This document shows positions 1-8,780 of a stretch of 64,000 nucleotides of DNA, piece by piece. The position numbers were made by a program, and so were the translations under genes. The notes below the pieces were generated by a model. It did not search any database. It was not told the DNA's origin and worked only from the letters and a program-made list of their open reading frames with translations. This DNA comes from Candidatus Iainarchaeum sp. (GTDB lineage Archaea > Iainarchaeota > Iainarchaeia > JAADDC01): the NCBI GenBank assembly GCA_030445695.1, contig JASUTF010000001.1, positions 882 to 64,881 on the forward strand, given 5' to 3'. The first letter of the stretch is position 1, and the number at the start of each line of letters is the position of its first letter.

Positions 1-1436
1 ATAATCTGGGTTCCTTCGGTGCTGCACTCCTTGGTTCCGCCCTTATGATCCTCGTGGCCCAGCTCGCAGGTGTGCTTGCGGCGTATCTCTTCCCTGACAG
101 GAATGCCCATGCCGTATCGCCCGATTGGAAGATACTTGCTGTGGTATTCGTCCCCCTGCTCTTTGCTGCCCTTTCCTGTCCCATAAACGGATACTGCTGG
201 TTCTCCAACGCCCTGAGCGTTATATATAAGATCGTTTTCCCGCCGGAGAGCGTTTCACAAAGTACGGACACGGTGATCGTGCAGCCCTATACCGGATTTA
301 TCGAACCGCTAACCGGCGGCCCGTGGTCCCGCATCATCGGGGAGGAGACCACAGGTTTCCTGAACTGGCCGGCTAAGTATGGCATACTCTTCGTTATTGT
401 GCTCTTCTCGATCCCCTTCCTCGGGGCGAAGATCCGCGAGGACAGGCGGTACCTCTTCCTTCTTGCCTGGGTGGCGCTCACGTGGTGGGCGGCGTGGTAT
501 AAGTTAAAGTATGCGTATTACTTCGGCGTCCCCATTGCAATTGCATCTGCCGTGCTGCTTGCTGATCTCTGGGAGTCCTCCAAGCGCTGGGGGAGGTGGT
601 CCAGGGCCATTATGGCTGTGCTGATCGTATTCGTGTCCGTTTCCATGGCCGCGACAGGCGTCTTCCACACTGTATCAAAGGTCCCCACGCTCATAACGTC
701 TCAGGAAGCCACCGAGATGTATATGTTTGGCGGCAAGCCCGCGGACGGATATATTGAACTCTTCCAGTGGCTGGAGGCCAACACGCCGCCGGATGCAAAC
801 CTCCTCAACTGGTGGAGCATAGGCCACTGGCTGACCTTCTTCACGGAACGCGGTGTTATGACGGACAACACAAATGCACGGCTTGAGGCGGATTACGAGG
901 CGGCCCGCTTCTTCCTCTTCGACGAGAACACGTCCTACGAGATCGCCAGGAAGCGCGGGATGAACTACGCCATTGTCGAATCGTCTTTACTCTGGGGCGC
1001 CCCATCCCTCGCCATATACGCCTACGAGACGGAGAACCTTGCCGATCCACGCGTCCGGGACTACGGTGCAGCTGTTCTTTATTGTTATCAGTCCTCCAGC
1101 CCGGTATACAGGGACAAGTACCTCTGCTTTAGCAATCAAGGGCAGCTTGTTACCGCTGTGGACAAGAACATCTATGAAAGCATACCTTCGTTTGAGCCGG
1201 GGAGCTACCAGCCGAGTGAAACCGCTTTCAAGATCCTGCTGGGAGATAAGAACTACGTGGCATACCGCGGGGGCAAAACAACCGTTGGCGGGAAGGTCAT
1301 GGACGTTCTTCTTATTCTGACGGAGAAGCTCAACGATTCAACCCTTGTGAAGATGCTCCTCCACGCACCTCTGGAACATTTCGAGTTCCAGTGGGTTAGC
1401 AGCGACGGGCAGGTGATGGTGTACAAAATAGAGTGA
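1..1436 (+). CDS. aglB: Oligosaccharyltransferase AglB/STT3-like protein, 5'-truncated by the window edge
   Basis: Multiple TM helices followed by a soluble domain with WLEANTPPDA..LLNWWSIGHW...RGVMTDN, matching the STT3 WWDxG-region architecture with a variant motif. Confidence 0.8.
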   Translation, partial: NLGSFGAALLGSALMILVAQLAGVLAAYLFPDRNAHAVSPDWKILAVVFVPLLFAALSCPINGYCWFSNALSVIYKIVFPPESVSQSTDTVIVQPYTGFIEPLTGGPWSRIIGEETTGFLNWPAKYGILFVIVLFSIPFLGAKIREDRRYLFLLAWVALTWWAAWYKLKYAYYFGVPIAIASAVLLADLWESSKRWGRWSRAIMAVLIVFVSVSMAATGVFHTVSKVPTLITSQEATEMYMFGGKPADGYIELFQWLEANTPPDANLLNWWSIGHWLTFFTERGVMTDNTNARLEADYEAARFFLFDENTSYEIARKRGMNYAIVESSLLWGAPSLAIYAYETENLADPRVRDYGAAVLYCYQSSSPVYRDKYLCFSNQGQLVTAVDKNIYESIPSFEPGSYQPSETAFKILLGDKNYVAYRGGKTTVGGKVMDVLLILTEKLNDSTLVKMLLHAPLEHFEFQWVSSDGQVMVYKIE

Positions 1437-1444
1437 GGGAGGGG

Positions 1445-1735
1445 TCAGGCCCTCTTCTTTTTTCTTCCGCCACGTTTCTTGCCCAGCGCGGCTTTCCTCG
1501 CCTTCTCCCTGTGCCTCTGGTCGTCGCGGACTATCTTCTTTCTCCAGTCCGCGAAGGAGATTCCCCTGTGCTTGGCGCAGGATATGCACACGTAGATCTT
1601 CTCCTGTGCTATGCCCACGTACTGTACCTCCACGTTGTCTGGCAGCCAAGAGGGCCTCTTGTAAAGGGGAACTGCCTTGTCCTTCGGCACACGCCTTCCA
1701 CAGAACGCACACGTAACGTAGGTGATCTTGCTCAT
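1445..1735 (-). CDS. rps26e: 30S ribosomal protein eS26
   Basis: VTCAFCGRRVPKDKA and YVCISCAKHRGI are the two eS26 zinc-binding signatures. Confidence 0.85.
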   Translation of the reverse strand: MSKITYVTCAFCGRRVPKDKAVPLYKRPSWLPDNVEVQYVGIAQEKIYVCISCAKHRGISFADWRKKIVRDDQRHREKARKAALGKKRGGRKKKRA

Positions 1736-1784
1736 AAGCTACCCTCCTTGAACGAATAAAAACACCTCCACACCTTTTTTAAAC

Positions 1785-2099
1785 GTGGTATCGTGGAAGA
1801 CCGTCGAGATTGTTCCGTTCCGGCGCACGGGCCGGTGGCTCATCGGTGCCGTTGTACAGGAGAGCGACGATGGTAAGCGGCGCGTGAAGGTCTTCAAAGG
1901 GCGGATAAGGGAAGATGGTAGCCATGAAGTTGTTTACAAGGGCGAGCGTCTGCGTTTTTCACTCTCTCAGCGGCTCAACATCCCTTCTTCGCGCTACTGG
2001 GAGTGGTTGAAGGGAGAAGTGGACCGAGTAGTCCGACGCTACCTCTCGGGGGAAGAGACGGATGAAGAAAAGGAGCACACGATCCTCGATTTCGTCTGA
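1785..2099 (+). CDS. Hypothetical basic protein, possible PC4/whirly-like nucleic-acid-binding fold
   Basis: 104-aa ORF divergent from eS26; beta-strand pattern followed by a C-terminal helix; overlaps the Taw3 start. Confidence 0.55.
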   Translation: MVSWKTVEIVPFRRTGRWLIGAVVQESDDGKRRVKVFKGRIREDGSHEVVYKGERLRFSLSQRLNIPSSRYWEWLKGEVDRVVRRYLSGEETDEEKEHTILDFV

Positions 2100-2667
2100 A
2101 TGGCAGCGTTACAGGGAAAGGAACCTGAAAAAGTACGAGCGAGCAAAGAATGAAGGGTCAGTGGACGCGCCCATTGTTCCGCTTCTCGACCTGCTGAACG
2201 CCAACACGCACTACGTTACCACGTCCTCCTGCTCGGGAAGGGTTGTTCTGCTCGCCACCACACCGTCCGAGAAGAAAGGGGAATCCTTCTTTTACCGGAA
2301 GTGGCACCGTCCGGTCATCTTTGACGAGGTGTGGGGTGCCATATCCTCTTTTTCCGGCAGCGTTTTATGGTTCAAGGTGGATCCCTTCATCATCCACGTG
2401 GGTGCAGACAGTTTCGAGAGCGCTCTCCGTCTGGTAAACGTGGCGCACCGTGCCGGCGTAAAGATTGCCGGGATACAGGCAGCAGACAATGTGAAGTTCC
2501 ACGTTGAGATAAGGGGGATCGACTACATGGCCGTTCCAGTTTACGAGCGGGAACTTCTGGTAAACAAGGACTATGTCCGTCACCTTGTGAGAATCGCAAA
2601 CAGGAAAATGGTTCGTAACGCTCATCGTCTTGCCCGCCTCTTCAAAGCTGTATCCACTCTCCTGTAG
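2062..2667 (+). CDS. taw3: tRNA wyosine methyltransferase Taw3/TYW3
   Basis: VDAPIVPLLDLLN...YVTTSSCSGR and KWH..PFIIHV motifs. Confidence 0.9.
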   Translation: MKKRSTRSSISSEWQRYRERNLKKYERAKNEGSVDAPIVPLLDLLNANTHYVTTSSCSGRVVLLATTPSEKKGESFFYRKWHRPVIFDEVWGAISSFSGSVLWFKVDPFIIHVGADSFESALRLVNVAHRAGVKIAGIQAADNVKFHVEIRGIDYMAVPVYERELLVNKDYVRHLVRIANRKMVRNAHRLARLFKAVSTLL

Positions 2668-2707
2668 TTCCAATTTCTCGCCACTTTTATATTGTGCTTC
2701 GCCCCAG

Positions 2708-4279
2708 ATGTTTCTGATGAAAGCGGGATACGCCGCCGTGGCGCTGGGAGTTCTTGTCATTCTTGCATACTTCGTGGGCCGTCTCTTCGCCTTTGTGGGG
2801 TTCCTGCCCCACGTGGGTTATGTACTTACCGGCTCTCTCTTCGGTGCGGGCCTGACATCGGTTGAAAGGGGCTACCTCTTTCTCTATGCGTTCGCGTTTC
2901 TCCTCGCCTATCTGGGGTACATGGCATCCAGCCGGAGGACCTTCTCCGCACCCCTGCAGCTCTTCTTCGTGCACCCCCTGCGGCTCGTCGTGGGCTTTGC
3001 CCTGTTCTTCACGGTTCTCTACTTCGCCGGAGTGGGTATTGAGATTTCCGCAATCGCTGCTCTTCTCCTCTCGACTTCCTCTGCACTCGTGGTTCGCTGG
3101 GGCAGGGGAACCTCTTACGCGCTCATAGAACATTCCCTGCTTGCCATGGATGCCCTTATTTCCGCTCTGGTGCTCCTTTACGTTGCCGGAGAGCCGTTCC
3201 ACTCCATCCTTGTCGCCGCCCTCGCATATCTCCTCCTTATGTATTCCGGCGGCCCAATTCTCAGCTCACTCGTCTTCATCGCTGTGGCTGCACTGGCCAC
3301 CGGAGGGCATGTCGGGTACCTCGCACTTGCCTTCGTCTTTGGCGTGGTTTTCCACCATCTCGTGTACGATCTGAAGCTCCACTGGGCTGAAGGGGCAATA
3401 CAGGACGTTCTGCCCATTGTGTTTCTCGTGGGCATCGGTGCGTGGGCAGGGACAACGTTCCCTCCGGCTGCGGGCATTCTCTTCGTGGTTATAGCGTTTC
3501 TTAGCCTCCTCCAGAACTTCATATCCCTCGTGGTGCTCGGTTCTGTCTTCGGTGTGTCCCCCAAGACAGGCGCCCATATTCTGGCAAGGACTTTCGGGCC
3601 ATCTGAGGCATCGCTGTTTGCACTTGCTCTGCTCGCAGGACAGTCACCGCTGTTCTCTTCAGTGTTCTGGTTCTACGTGGTCTCGCTGGCGTTTTCATCC
3701 TTCGTTAGGACAGAGAAGGACGCAGAACACCTGCTTTCCGTGCTCCTGCCGAAGGGCCTTTTCCAGACCATTGAACGGCTGGAGGCCGCTTACGCATCGC
3801 TCTACGTCAGGCACCACGTCGTGTTTTCGAGCGCTTATCGGCACCGCTTCCTGCCCCTTGCAAGGAAGATGCTCGGGGCTATAATAGTGCTTGTGCTTGC
3901 CGCGTCGTCTCTGGGGTACTTAATGTTCGATAATTCGATCCCATACCGCGCGGCCCTCATCTTCCTTGCCGTTTCGGCCTTCGTGATCGCCCTGCTCAGG
4001 GTCATCGTTTGGTATATGCAGTTCTACTTTGATACCCTGCTCTTCCTGTCGGATCACGCATACGGAGGGAAACTGCGCCCCGGAAACAGCCCGTATTACT
4101 TTGTGGCAGGGTTCTTACTCACAATTGCCGGTTTTGCGACACTCCCTATCTCCGTTCCTTTCCTGAACCTTGTGCTCCTTTTCTTCTCCTTGATACTGCT
4201 CAATGCGGGCCTTTACATGTTGCTAACGTCATACACCCGGCTCTACAACGAGTTCGTCAGAAAGAGGGAGTATGGCTGA
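2708..4279 (+). CDS. Divergent cation:proton antiporter (CPA2-like) membrane protein with C-terminal TM extension
   Basis: Highly hydrophobic; VGYVLTG, LSTSSALV and GPSEASL resemble CPA2 motifs; similar layout to 57408-59237. Confidence 0.6.
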   Translation: MFLMKAGYAAVALGVLVILAYFVGRLFAFVGFLPHVGYVLTGSLFGAGLTSVERGYLFLYAFAFLLAYLGYMASSRRTFSAPLQLFFVHPLRLVVGFALFFTVLYFAGVGIEISAIAALLLSTSSALVVRWGRGTSYALIEHSLLAMDALISALVLLYVAGEPFHSILVAALAYLLLMYSGGPILSSLVFIAVAALATGGHVGYLALAFVFGVVFHHLVYDLKLHWAEGAIQDVLPIVFLVGIGAWAGTTFPPAAGILFVVIAFLSLLQNFISLVVLGSVFGVSPKTGAHILARTFGPSEASLFALALLAGQSPLFSSVFWFYVVSLAFSSFVRTEKDAEHLLSVLLPKGLFQTIERLEAAYASLYVRHHVVFSSAYRHRFLPLARKMLGAIIVLVLAASSLGYLMFDNSIPYRAALIFLAVSAFVIALLRVIVWYMQFYFDTLLFLSDHAYGGKLRPGNSPYYFVAGFLLTIAGFATLPISVPFLNLVLLFFSLILLNAGLYMLLTSYTRLYNEFVRKREYG

Positions 4280-4311
4280 TCTCATTTAAACCATTCGCTG
4301 CTTCTTTTTCT

Positions 4312-4408
4312 GCGGGTCCGTAGCCTAGCCCGGCACCGAGTGCTTCGGTGGGGCGCCCGCGGGTGGGGTCTGCGACCCCACGCACATCCGGCCATAGAAC
4401 GTTACCGT
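4312..4408 (+). ncRNA. Putative structured tRNA-like RNA or leader upstream of tRNA-Arg
   Basis: Repeats the first 15 nt of tRNA-Arg, has two GC hairpins, and lies about 25 nt downstream of TTTAAA (4285-4290). Confidence 0.4.
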
Positions 4409-4483
4409 GGGTCCGTAGCCTAGTCTGGATATGGCGGCGGCCTTCTAAGCCGCAGGTCCCGGGTTCGAATCCCGGCGGACCCA
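4409..4483 (+). tRNA. tRNA-Arg(UCU)
   Basis: Acceptor GGGTCCG/CGGACCC, anticodon arm GCGGC-CTTCTAA-GCCGC, T-loop TTCGAAT; no encoded CCA. Confidence 0.95.
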
Positions 4484-4489
4484 CTTGCA

Positions 4490-5467
4490 CTATTTCATCC
4501 AGAGCACGTCCACCTGATCCGTTCTGAACTTGGGGTTTATGGGCTCGTCAAGGCGCGTCTCCATCCCTGCCTTCAGCATGAGAACGCCGGTCCATGCGAT
4601 CATTACGCCGTTGTCCGCCGCATACTTCATGGGCACCACGTGGAACGTGGCGTCGTGATCCTCCGCCATGAGACGGATGATCTCCTGCAGGCGCTTGTTG
4701 GCGGCAACGCCCCCCACCAGCAGCACTTCCTTTTTCTCCGTGTGGGCCAGTGCCCTCTCTGCCACTTCCGCCACCATGGAGAACGCAACTTCCTGCAGCG
4801 AGTATGCCACGTCCTCTATAGAGTGTTTCTTAACTGCCCTCACCGCTGCCGTATACAGCCCGGAGAACGCCAGATCCGAACCTTTCACCGTGTAGGGTAG
4901 CGGTATGAATTTCTTCCCTCCCCTTGCCAATTCTTCTATCTTCGGGCCGGCCGGGAAGGGGATGCCCACGGCTCTCCCCCACGAGTCAAGCAGGTTGCCC
5001 AGCCCGATGTCCAACGTTTCCCCGAAGATTCTATATCGTCCGTTTGCCAGCGCGATGATCTGGGTGTTTGCACCTGATAGGTAGACCACCAGCGGATCCT
5101 CCAGCCGTTCCACGAGTTTTCCAATCTCTATATGGGCGATGCAGTGGTTTACGCCAACAAGCTTCTTGCCGAACCTCTTTGCAAGGAATCGAGCCACGAT
5201 GGCCCCCGTTCTCAGACAGGGGCCGAGTCCCGGGCCTATGGAGAATGCGACGGCATCGATATCCTCCATCCCTATTCCTGCCTCGTCCAACGCTGCCTTT
5301 ACTACCTCCGCTCCCCTTTCGCTCATCATCTGGGCGGCCTCTCTCGGGCGGATGCCCCCTTCCTTTGGCCTGTACTGTATCCTCTGGTCCGCGAGAATAT
5401 TGCCCTCTTCGTCCACGATGCCCACGCCAAACGTATGCGCGGTGGACTCAATGCCCAGAACGATCAC
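4490..5467 (-). CDS. kae1: t6A tRNA threonylcarbamoyltransferase Kae1 (stand-alone)
   Basis: LGIESTAHT, GPGLGPCL, HCIAHIE, ETLDIG and DNGVMIA; likely GTG start at 5467. Confidence 0.95.
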   Translation of the reverse strand: MIVLGIESTAHTFGVGIVDEEGNILADQRIQYRPKEGGIRPREAAQMMSERGAEVVKAALDEAGIGMEDIDAVAFSIGPGLGPCLRTGAIVARFLAKRFGKKLVGVNHCIAHIEIGKLVERLEDPLVVYLSGANTQIIALANGRYRIFGETLDIGLGNLLDSWGRAVGIPFPAGPKIEELARGGKKFIPLPYTVKGSDLAFSGLYTAAVRAVKKHSIEDVAYSLQEVAFSMVAEVAERALAHTEKKEVLLVGGVAANKRLQEIIRLMAEDHDATFHVVPMKYAADNGVMIAWTGVLMLKAGMETRLDEPINPKFRTDQVDVLWMK

Positions 5468-5495
5468 AGAGAAATAGGGAGGGATGTGAATAAAA

Positions 5496-5684
5496 TCACT
5501 GCTTTTCTGCCTTCTTCTTGAACTCCGTGTAGCCGCAGCGACCGCAGTGCCATCTGTCCTCGTGCTCGGCCAGGAACACGCCAGGGCCACACTTGGGGCA
5601 CGTGCGGCCGAGACGGACGAGCTTGCCGTCCTCTACCTTGTACTTCTTATGCTTGTGACTCGGCTTGCCCTTCGTTTTCGGCAT
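5496..5684 (-). CDS. rps27ae: 30S ribosomal protein eS31/S27ae
   Basis: [25 protein letters not shown]. Confidence 0.95.
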   Translation of the reverse strand: MPKTKGKPSHKHKKYKVEDGKLVRLGRTCPKCGPGVFLAEHEDRWHCGRCGYTEFKKKAEKQ

Positions 5685-5964
5685 TTTCCTCCACCACCTT
5701 GTTCCGTTCGATCATGTGCTTCGGCTCGATCTTGTTCAGGTACTCCTCATCCTTGTAGACCTTCACGTAGACCTCGGAGTCGGAGGTACCGGCTATGGTC
5801 CGGATCTTGTCGATTATTATGAGCTTCTCGTCCACGCCGAGCTCCGCGGCGAGGCGTGTCTTGAGCTCGGCACGCCTGGGGGTCTCCTTTGCCCTGACGA
5901 CGACCCACATCTCCTTTCTTCCCAGCAGCGGGTTTTCCCTCTCGGATGCAATCTTGATCTCCAT
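5647..5964 (-). CDS. rps24e: 30S ribosomal protein eS24
   Basis: [13 protein letters not shown] and [10 protein letters not shown]; conserved gene order. Confidence 0.92.
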   Translation of the reverse strand: MEIKIASERENPLLGRKEMWVVVRAKETPRRAELKTRLAAELGVDEKLIIIDKIRTIAGTSDSEVYVKVYKDEEYLNKIEPKHMIERNKVVEENAENEGQAESQA

Positions 5965-5968
5965 GCGA

Positions 5969-6172
5969 TCACCTTGCCACCTTTATGGCGTAGGGTCCGG
6001 GTATTTTCGCGTCTATTTTCTTGGCGATCTGAGAGCGGTCGGGATCCACGACTATGATGTATCCGCGCCAGAGCTTCGTGAAGTCCTCAGATCCGCAGTT
6101 AGGGCACTTATCCGCCTTCACTTCCACCAGATAGCGGCAGTTCCTGCACGCCTTGTATACGATCTTCGCCAT
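5969..6172 (-). CDS. spt4: Transcription elongation factor Spt4 (RpoE'')
   Basis: ACRNC...CPNCGS...WRGYIIVVDP..SQIAK..PGPYAIKV. Confidence 0.93.
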   Translation of the reverse strand: MAKIVYKACRNCRYLVEVKADKCPNCGSEDFTKLWRGYIIVVDPDRSQIAKKIDAKIPGPYAIKVAR

Positions 6173-6735
6173 TACTTACCCTCCTGTGCCGCTTTCTTCT
6201 TTTCCGCTTCGATCCACTCCCATTTGCCCAGTCCCGGCTGGCGCATCGTCATGCCTATCTTTGTGTCCGCTATGGAGTTCCTGATGGCCACCGTGACGAT
6301 GCGCGCTCGAACGTTGTCCCCGATCTTCAGTATCCTTTCTGACTCCTTGCCGATGAACGCGGGAACAGACGGATCATAACGGACGAAGTCGTCCATGATC
6401 TGAGACACGTGAACGAGCCCGTCCATGGGCCCGATGCGGACGAACGCGCCGAACTCCGTGATGTCCGTCACGTAGCCGTCCACAACTTCCTGGACGAGGG
6501 GCTTGTATGCCAGCACCTCGAACACGGTGTCCACGTAGACGCCGCCATCTCCCCAGATGACCTTGCCCTCTCCCGTCTCCTTGACCTCCGTAACGGCTAT
6601 TATCACTCCCAGATCCTCGTCCACTATGCCCTCATACGTCTCCTTCAGTTCTGCGAGCACTTCCTTCTTCAGATCTCCCTTCAGACGGTTTGGCGGCACG
6701 CGAACCGTGTCCCGGATCACGTACTTGTAAAACAT
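6172..6735 (-). CDS. rpo7: RNA polymerase subunit Rpo7 (E')
   Basis: VRVPP, GDGGVY, FGAFVRIGPMDGLVHVSQIMDD and TMRQPGLGK. Confidence 0.95.
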   Translation of the reverse strand: MFYKYVIRDTVRVPPNRLKGDLKKEVLAELKETYEGIVDEDLGVIIAVTEVKETGEGKVIWGDGGVYVDTVFEVLAYKPLVQEVVDGYVTDITEFGAFVRIGPMDGLVHVSQIMDDFVRYDPSVPAFIGKESERILKIGDNVRARIVTVAIRNSIADTKIGMTMRQPGLGKWEWIEAEKKKAAQEGK

Positions 6736-6797
6736 GGCGATCACGCTTCAAAATTATACAGAATAAATGAGGGCGAAAGGTTTAAGATTGTGCCACG

Positions 6798-7172
6798 TTA
6801 GAACAGTTCCAGTCGGTTCTTTTCACGGAGGGCGATGACCCTGCCGCCCGCTTCCCAAACACGCCTCTTCAGCTCGCGGTCGTTTGTCGCCACGATGGCA
6901 CCTTCCTTTGCGAGGCGCACCAGCTCCGTGTCCACCGGTCCCTCCCTGTCAATGATCTCCACACGGTTTATGGATATGAGCTTCTTGGCAAGCGTTACGT
7001 ATTTCCTCTCCTTCACGCCCTGCTGTGCGATCTTATCGAGTTCTCTTATGCTGCCCTTGAGAACGACGATCCGGGCGTTGGGCACGAGCCGTCGGATCTC
7101 CTCGAACACGTCCACGCCGAACTGGAAGGGAACGAGAAGCATGTTCGTGTCCACAACGACGATCGGTCTCAC
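6798..7172 (-). CDS. PIN-domain rRNA-processing nuclease (Fcf1/Utp24-like)
   Basis: VVVDTNMLL and VATNDRELK; canonical position between eIF2-gamma and rpoE'. Confidence 0.85.
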   Translation of the reverse strand: MRPIVVVDTNMLLVPFQFGVDVFEEIRRLVPNARIVVLKGSIRELDKIAQQGVKERKYVTLAKKLISINRVEIIDREGPVDTELVRLAKEGAIVATNDRELKRRVWEAGGRVIALREKNRLELF

Positions 7173-8365
7173 TTCACAACACCGTAGCCCACAAGACGCC
7201 ATCTATTCCCTATCTTCCTGCTGACTGCTATGGTCGTGCCCTCGGGCACCGTTACCGGCTTCTTCGTTCTTATCGTGAGCTCGTCGCTCTTTGCGGACAT
7301 GACGATGCCCGCCGCCGGCATGGTTCCTATGGCCAGTGCGAGCATCTCCTGGTACTTGAAGGGCTGGTGCTCGACCTTCTGCACCTTGCGCTCCAGCACG
7401 TGGTATTCCATGGTGAACTCCGTGGTGGGCTCTGGCAGGGTACCGGGTTTGGCCACGATCTGACCCTTCATCTTGTCTCCCTTTGCATATGCGGGGTCTA
7501 TCTCCGTCCCTATCGCTATCAGCCCACCGGGTCGCGCCTCTTCCAGCGTGTCTGATCCGGAGGAGAGTGATACGACCTCCGTTATGATGGGCTCGCCTTC
7601 CGGTCCCGGGGAGATCTCGATCTCCTCCCCCACGCGCACGACACCCTGCTCTATGGATCCGCCGAGGACACCGCCCTTTATCTCTTCCGGCGGGGTCCCG
7701 GGCTTGTTCACGTCGAAGGACCGGGCCACCCACATGCGGAACGGCTTTGACTCGTCACGCTTCGGCGTGGGTATGAATATCTCCATGGCCTCGATCAGGG
7801 CATCTACGTTGATTTTGTGGTGGGCGGACGTGGGTATGATTGGAACATCTTCGTAGCCGTATTTGGCAAGGAATTCGCGTATCTGCTCCGCATTCTTCTT
7901 TGCTTCTTCCTTTGAGACGAGGTCAACCTTGTTCTGTGCCACCACGATGTTCTTCCTTCCCGTGGCGGTCAGTGCGAGGAGATGCTCTTCCGTCTGCGGT
8001 TGCGGGCACGGCTCGTTTGCTGCGATGACGAGGACGGCACCGTCCATGATAGCGGCGCCGGAGAGCATCACGGCCAGGAGCGTTTCGTGCCCGGGAGCAT
8101 CAACGAAGGAGACACGTCTCAGAACCTCCCATTCTGGGTTGTAACCCGTGGTGTATGCCTCGGGCGGTTCCTTTCCGGGTATTTTGGAGAAAATTGCGTC
8201 GGCGTAGCCCAGGCGGATGGAAATACCCCTCTTCAGCTCCTCAGAGTGCGTGTCCGTCCACTGCCCGGTGAGGGCATAGGTCAGAGTGGTCTTTCCGTGG
8301 TCCACGTGCCCTATCATGCCGATGTTGACTTCAGCTTGCCTGGGCTTCTCCTTCGCCGCCACCAA
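7169..8365 (-). CDS. eif2g: Translation initiation factor 2 gamma subunit
   Basis: GHVDHGKTT, EELKRGISIRLGY, DAPGHE, QNKVD and RWRLVGYG. Confidence 0.96.
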   Translation of the reverse strand: MVAAKEKPRQAEVNIGMIGHVDHGKTTLTYALTGQWTDTHSEELKRGISIRLGYADAIFSKIPGKEPPEAYTTGYNPEWEVLRRVSFVDAPGHETLLAVMLSGAAIMDGAVLVIAANEPCPQPQTEEHLLALTATGRKNIVVAQNKVDLVSKEEAKKNAEQIREFLAKYGYEDVPIIPTSAHHKINVDALIEAMEIFIPTPKRDESKPFRMWVARSFDVNKPGTPPEEIKGGVLGGSIEQGVVRVGEEIEISPGPEGEPIITEVVSLSSGSDTLEEARPGGLIAIGTEIDPAYAKGDKMKGQIVAKPGTLPEPTTEFTMEYHVLERKVQKVEHQPFKYQEMLALAIGTMPAAGIVMSAKSDELTIRTKKPVTVPEGTTIAVSRKIGNRWRLVGYGVVK

Positions 8366-8735
8366 ATATCTCCTCCAGCTTCTGCTTACCTTCCTTCACG
8401 ATCTTCAGGTTGAGCTGTGCAATATCGAGATCCACGGTGTTCCCGCGGACCGTTTTTCTTCTCCTCTCCCCCTTATACTTCAGCTGCTTCTTGCGGATCC
8501 CCGGTCCGGAGCCGATGAGCACGCTCTTCCTGCCCGTGCCGTGGACGTCGGGGCGCATAGGGAAACCGTCCTTGTCCGTGCCGCCGCGGATGACAGCCAC
8601 GTATCCCGAGAGCCCTATTGGGGAGAGGTCCACTTCGTCCCCAATCTTCTTGCCGACGAATATCTGTGCCTCCTCGTCGCTAATCTCCTTCTGGTATGCC
8701 TTGCCGGTCTTTGGGTCGGATATGACGAGTTTCAT
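8331..8735 (-). CDS. rps6e: 30S ribosomal protein eS6
   Basis: ISDPKTG, GGTDKDGFPM and GERRRKTVRGN. Confidence 0.95.
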   Translation of the reverse strand: MKLVISDPKTGKAYQKEISDEEAQIFVGKKIGDEVDLSPIGLSGYVAVIRGGTDKDGFPMRPDVHGTGRKSVLIGSGPGIRKKQLKYKGERRRKTVRGNTVDLDIAQLNLKIVKEGKQKLEEIFGGGEGEAQAS

Positions 8736-8780
8736 GGCTATCCCTCCTACCTACGAATGATGTGGGAACGTTTTAAAGGG

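Noticed and set aside
4388-4397. CCGGCCATAG resembling the start of 5S rRNA
   Set aside because: No further 5S sequence follows.
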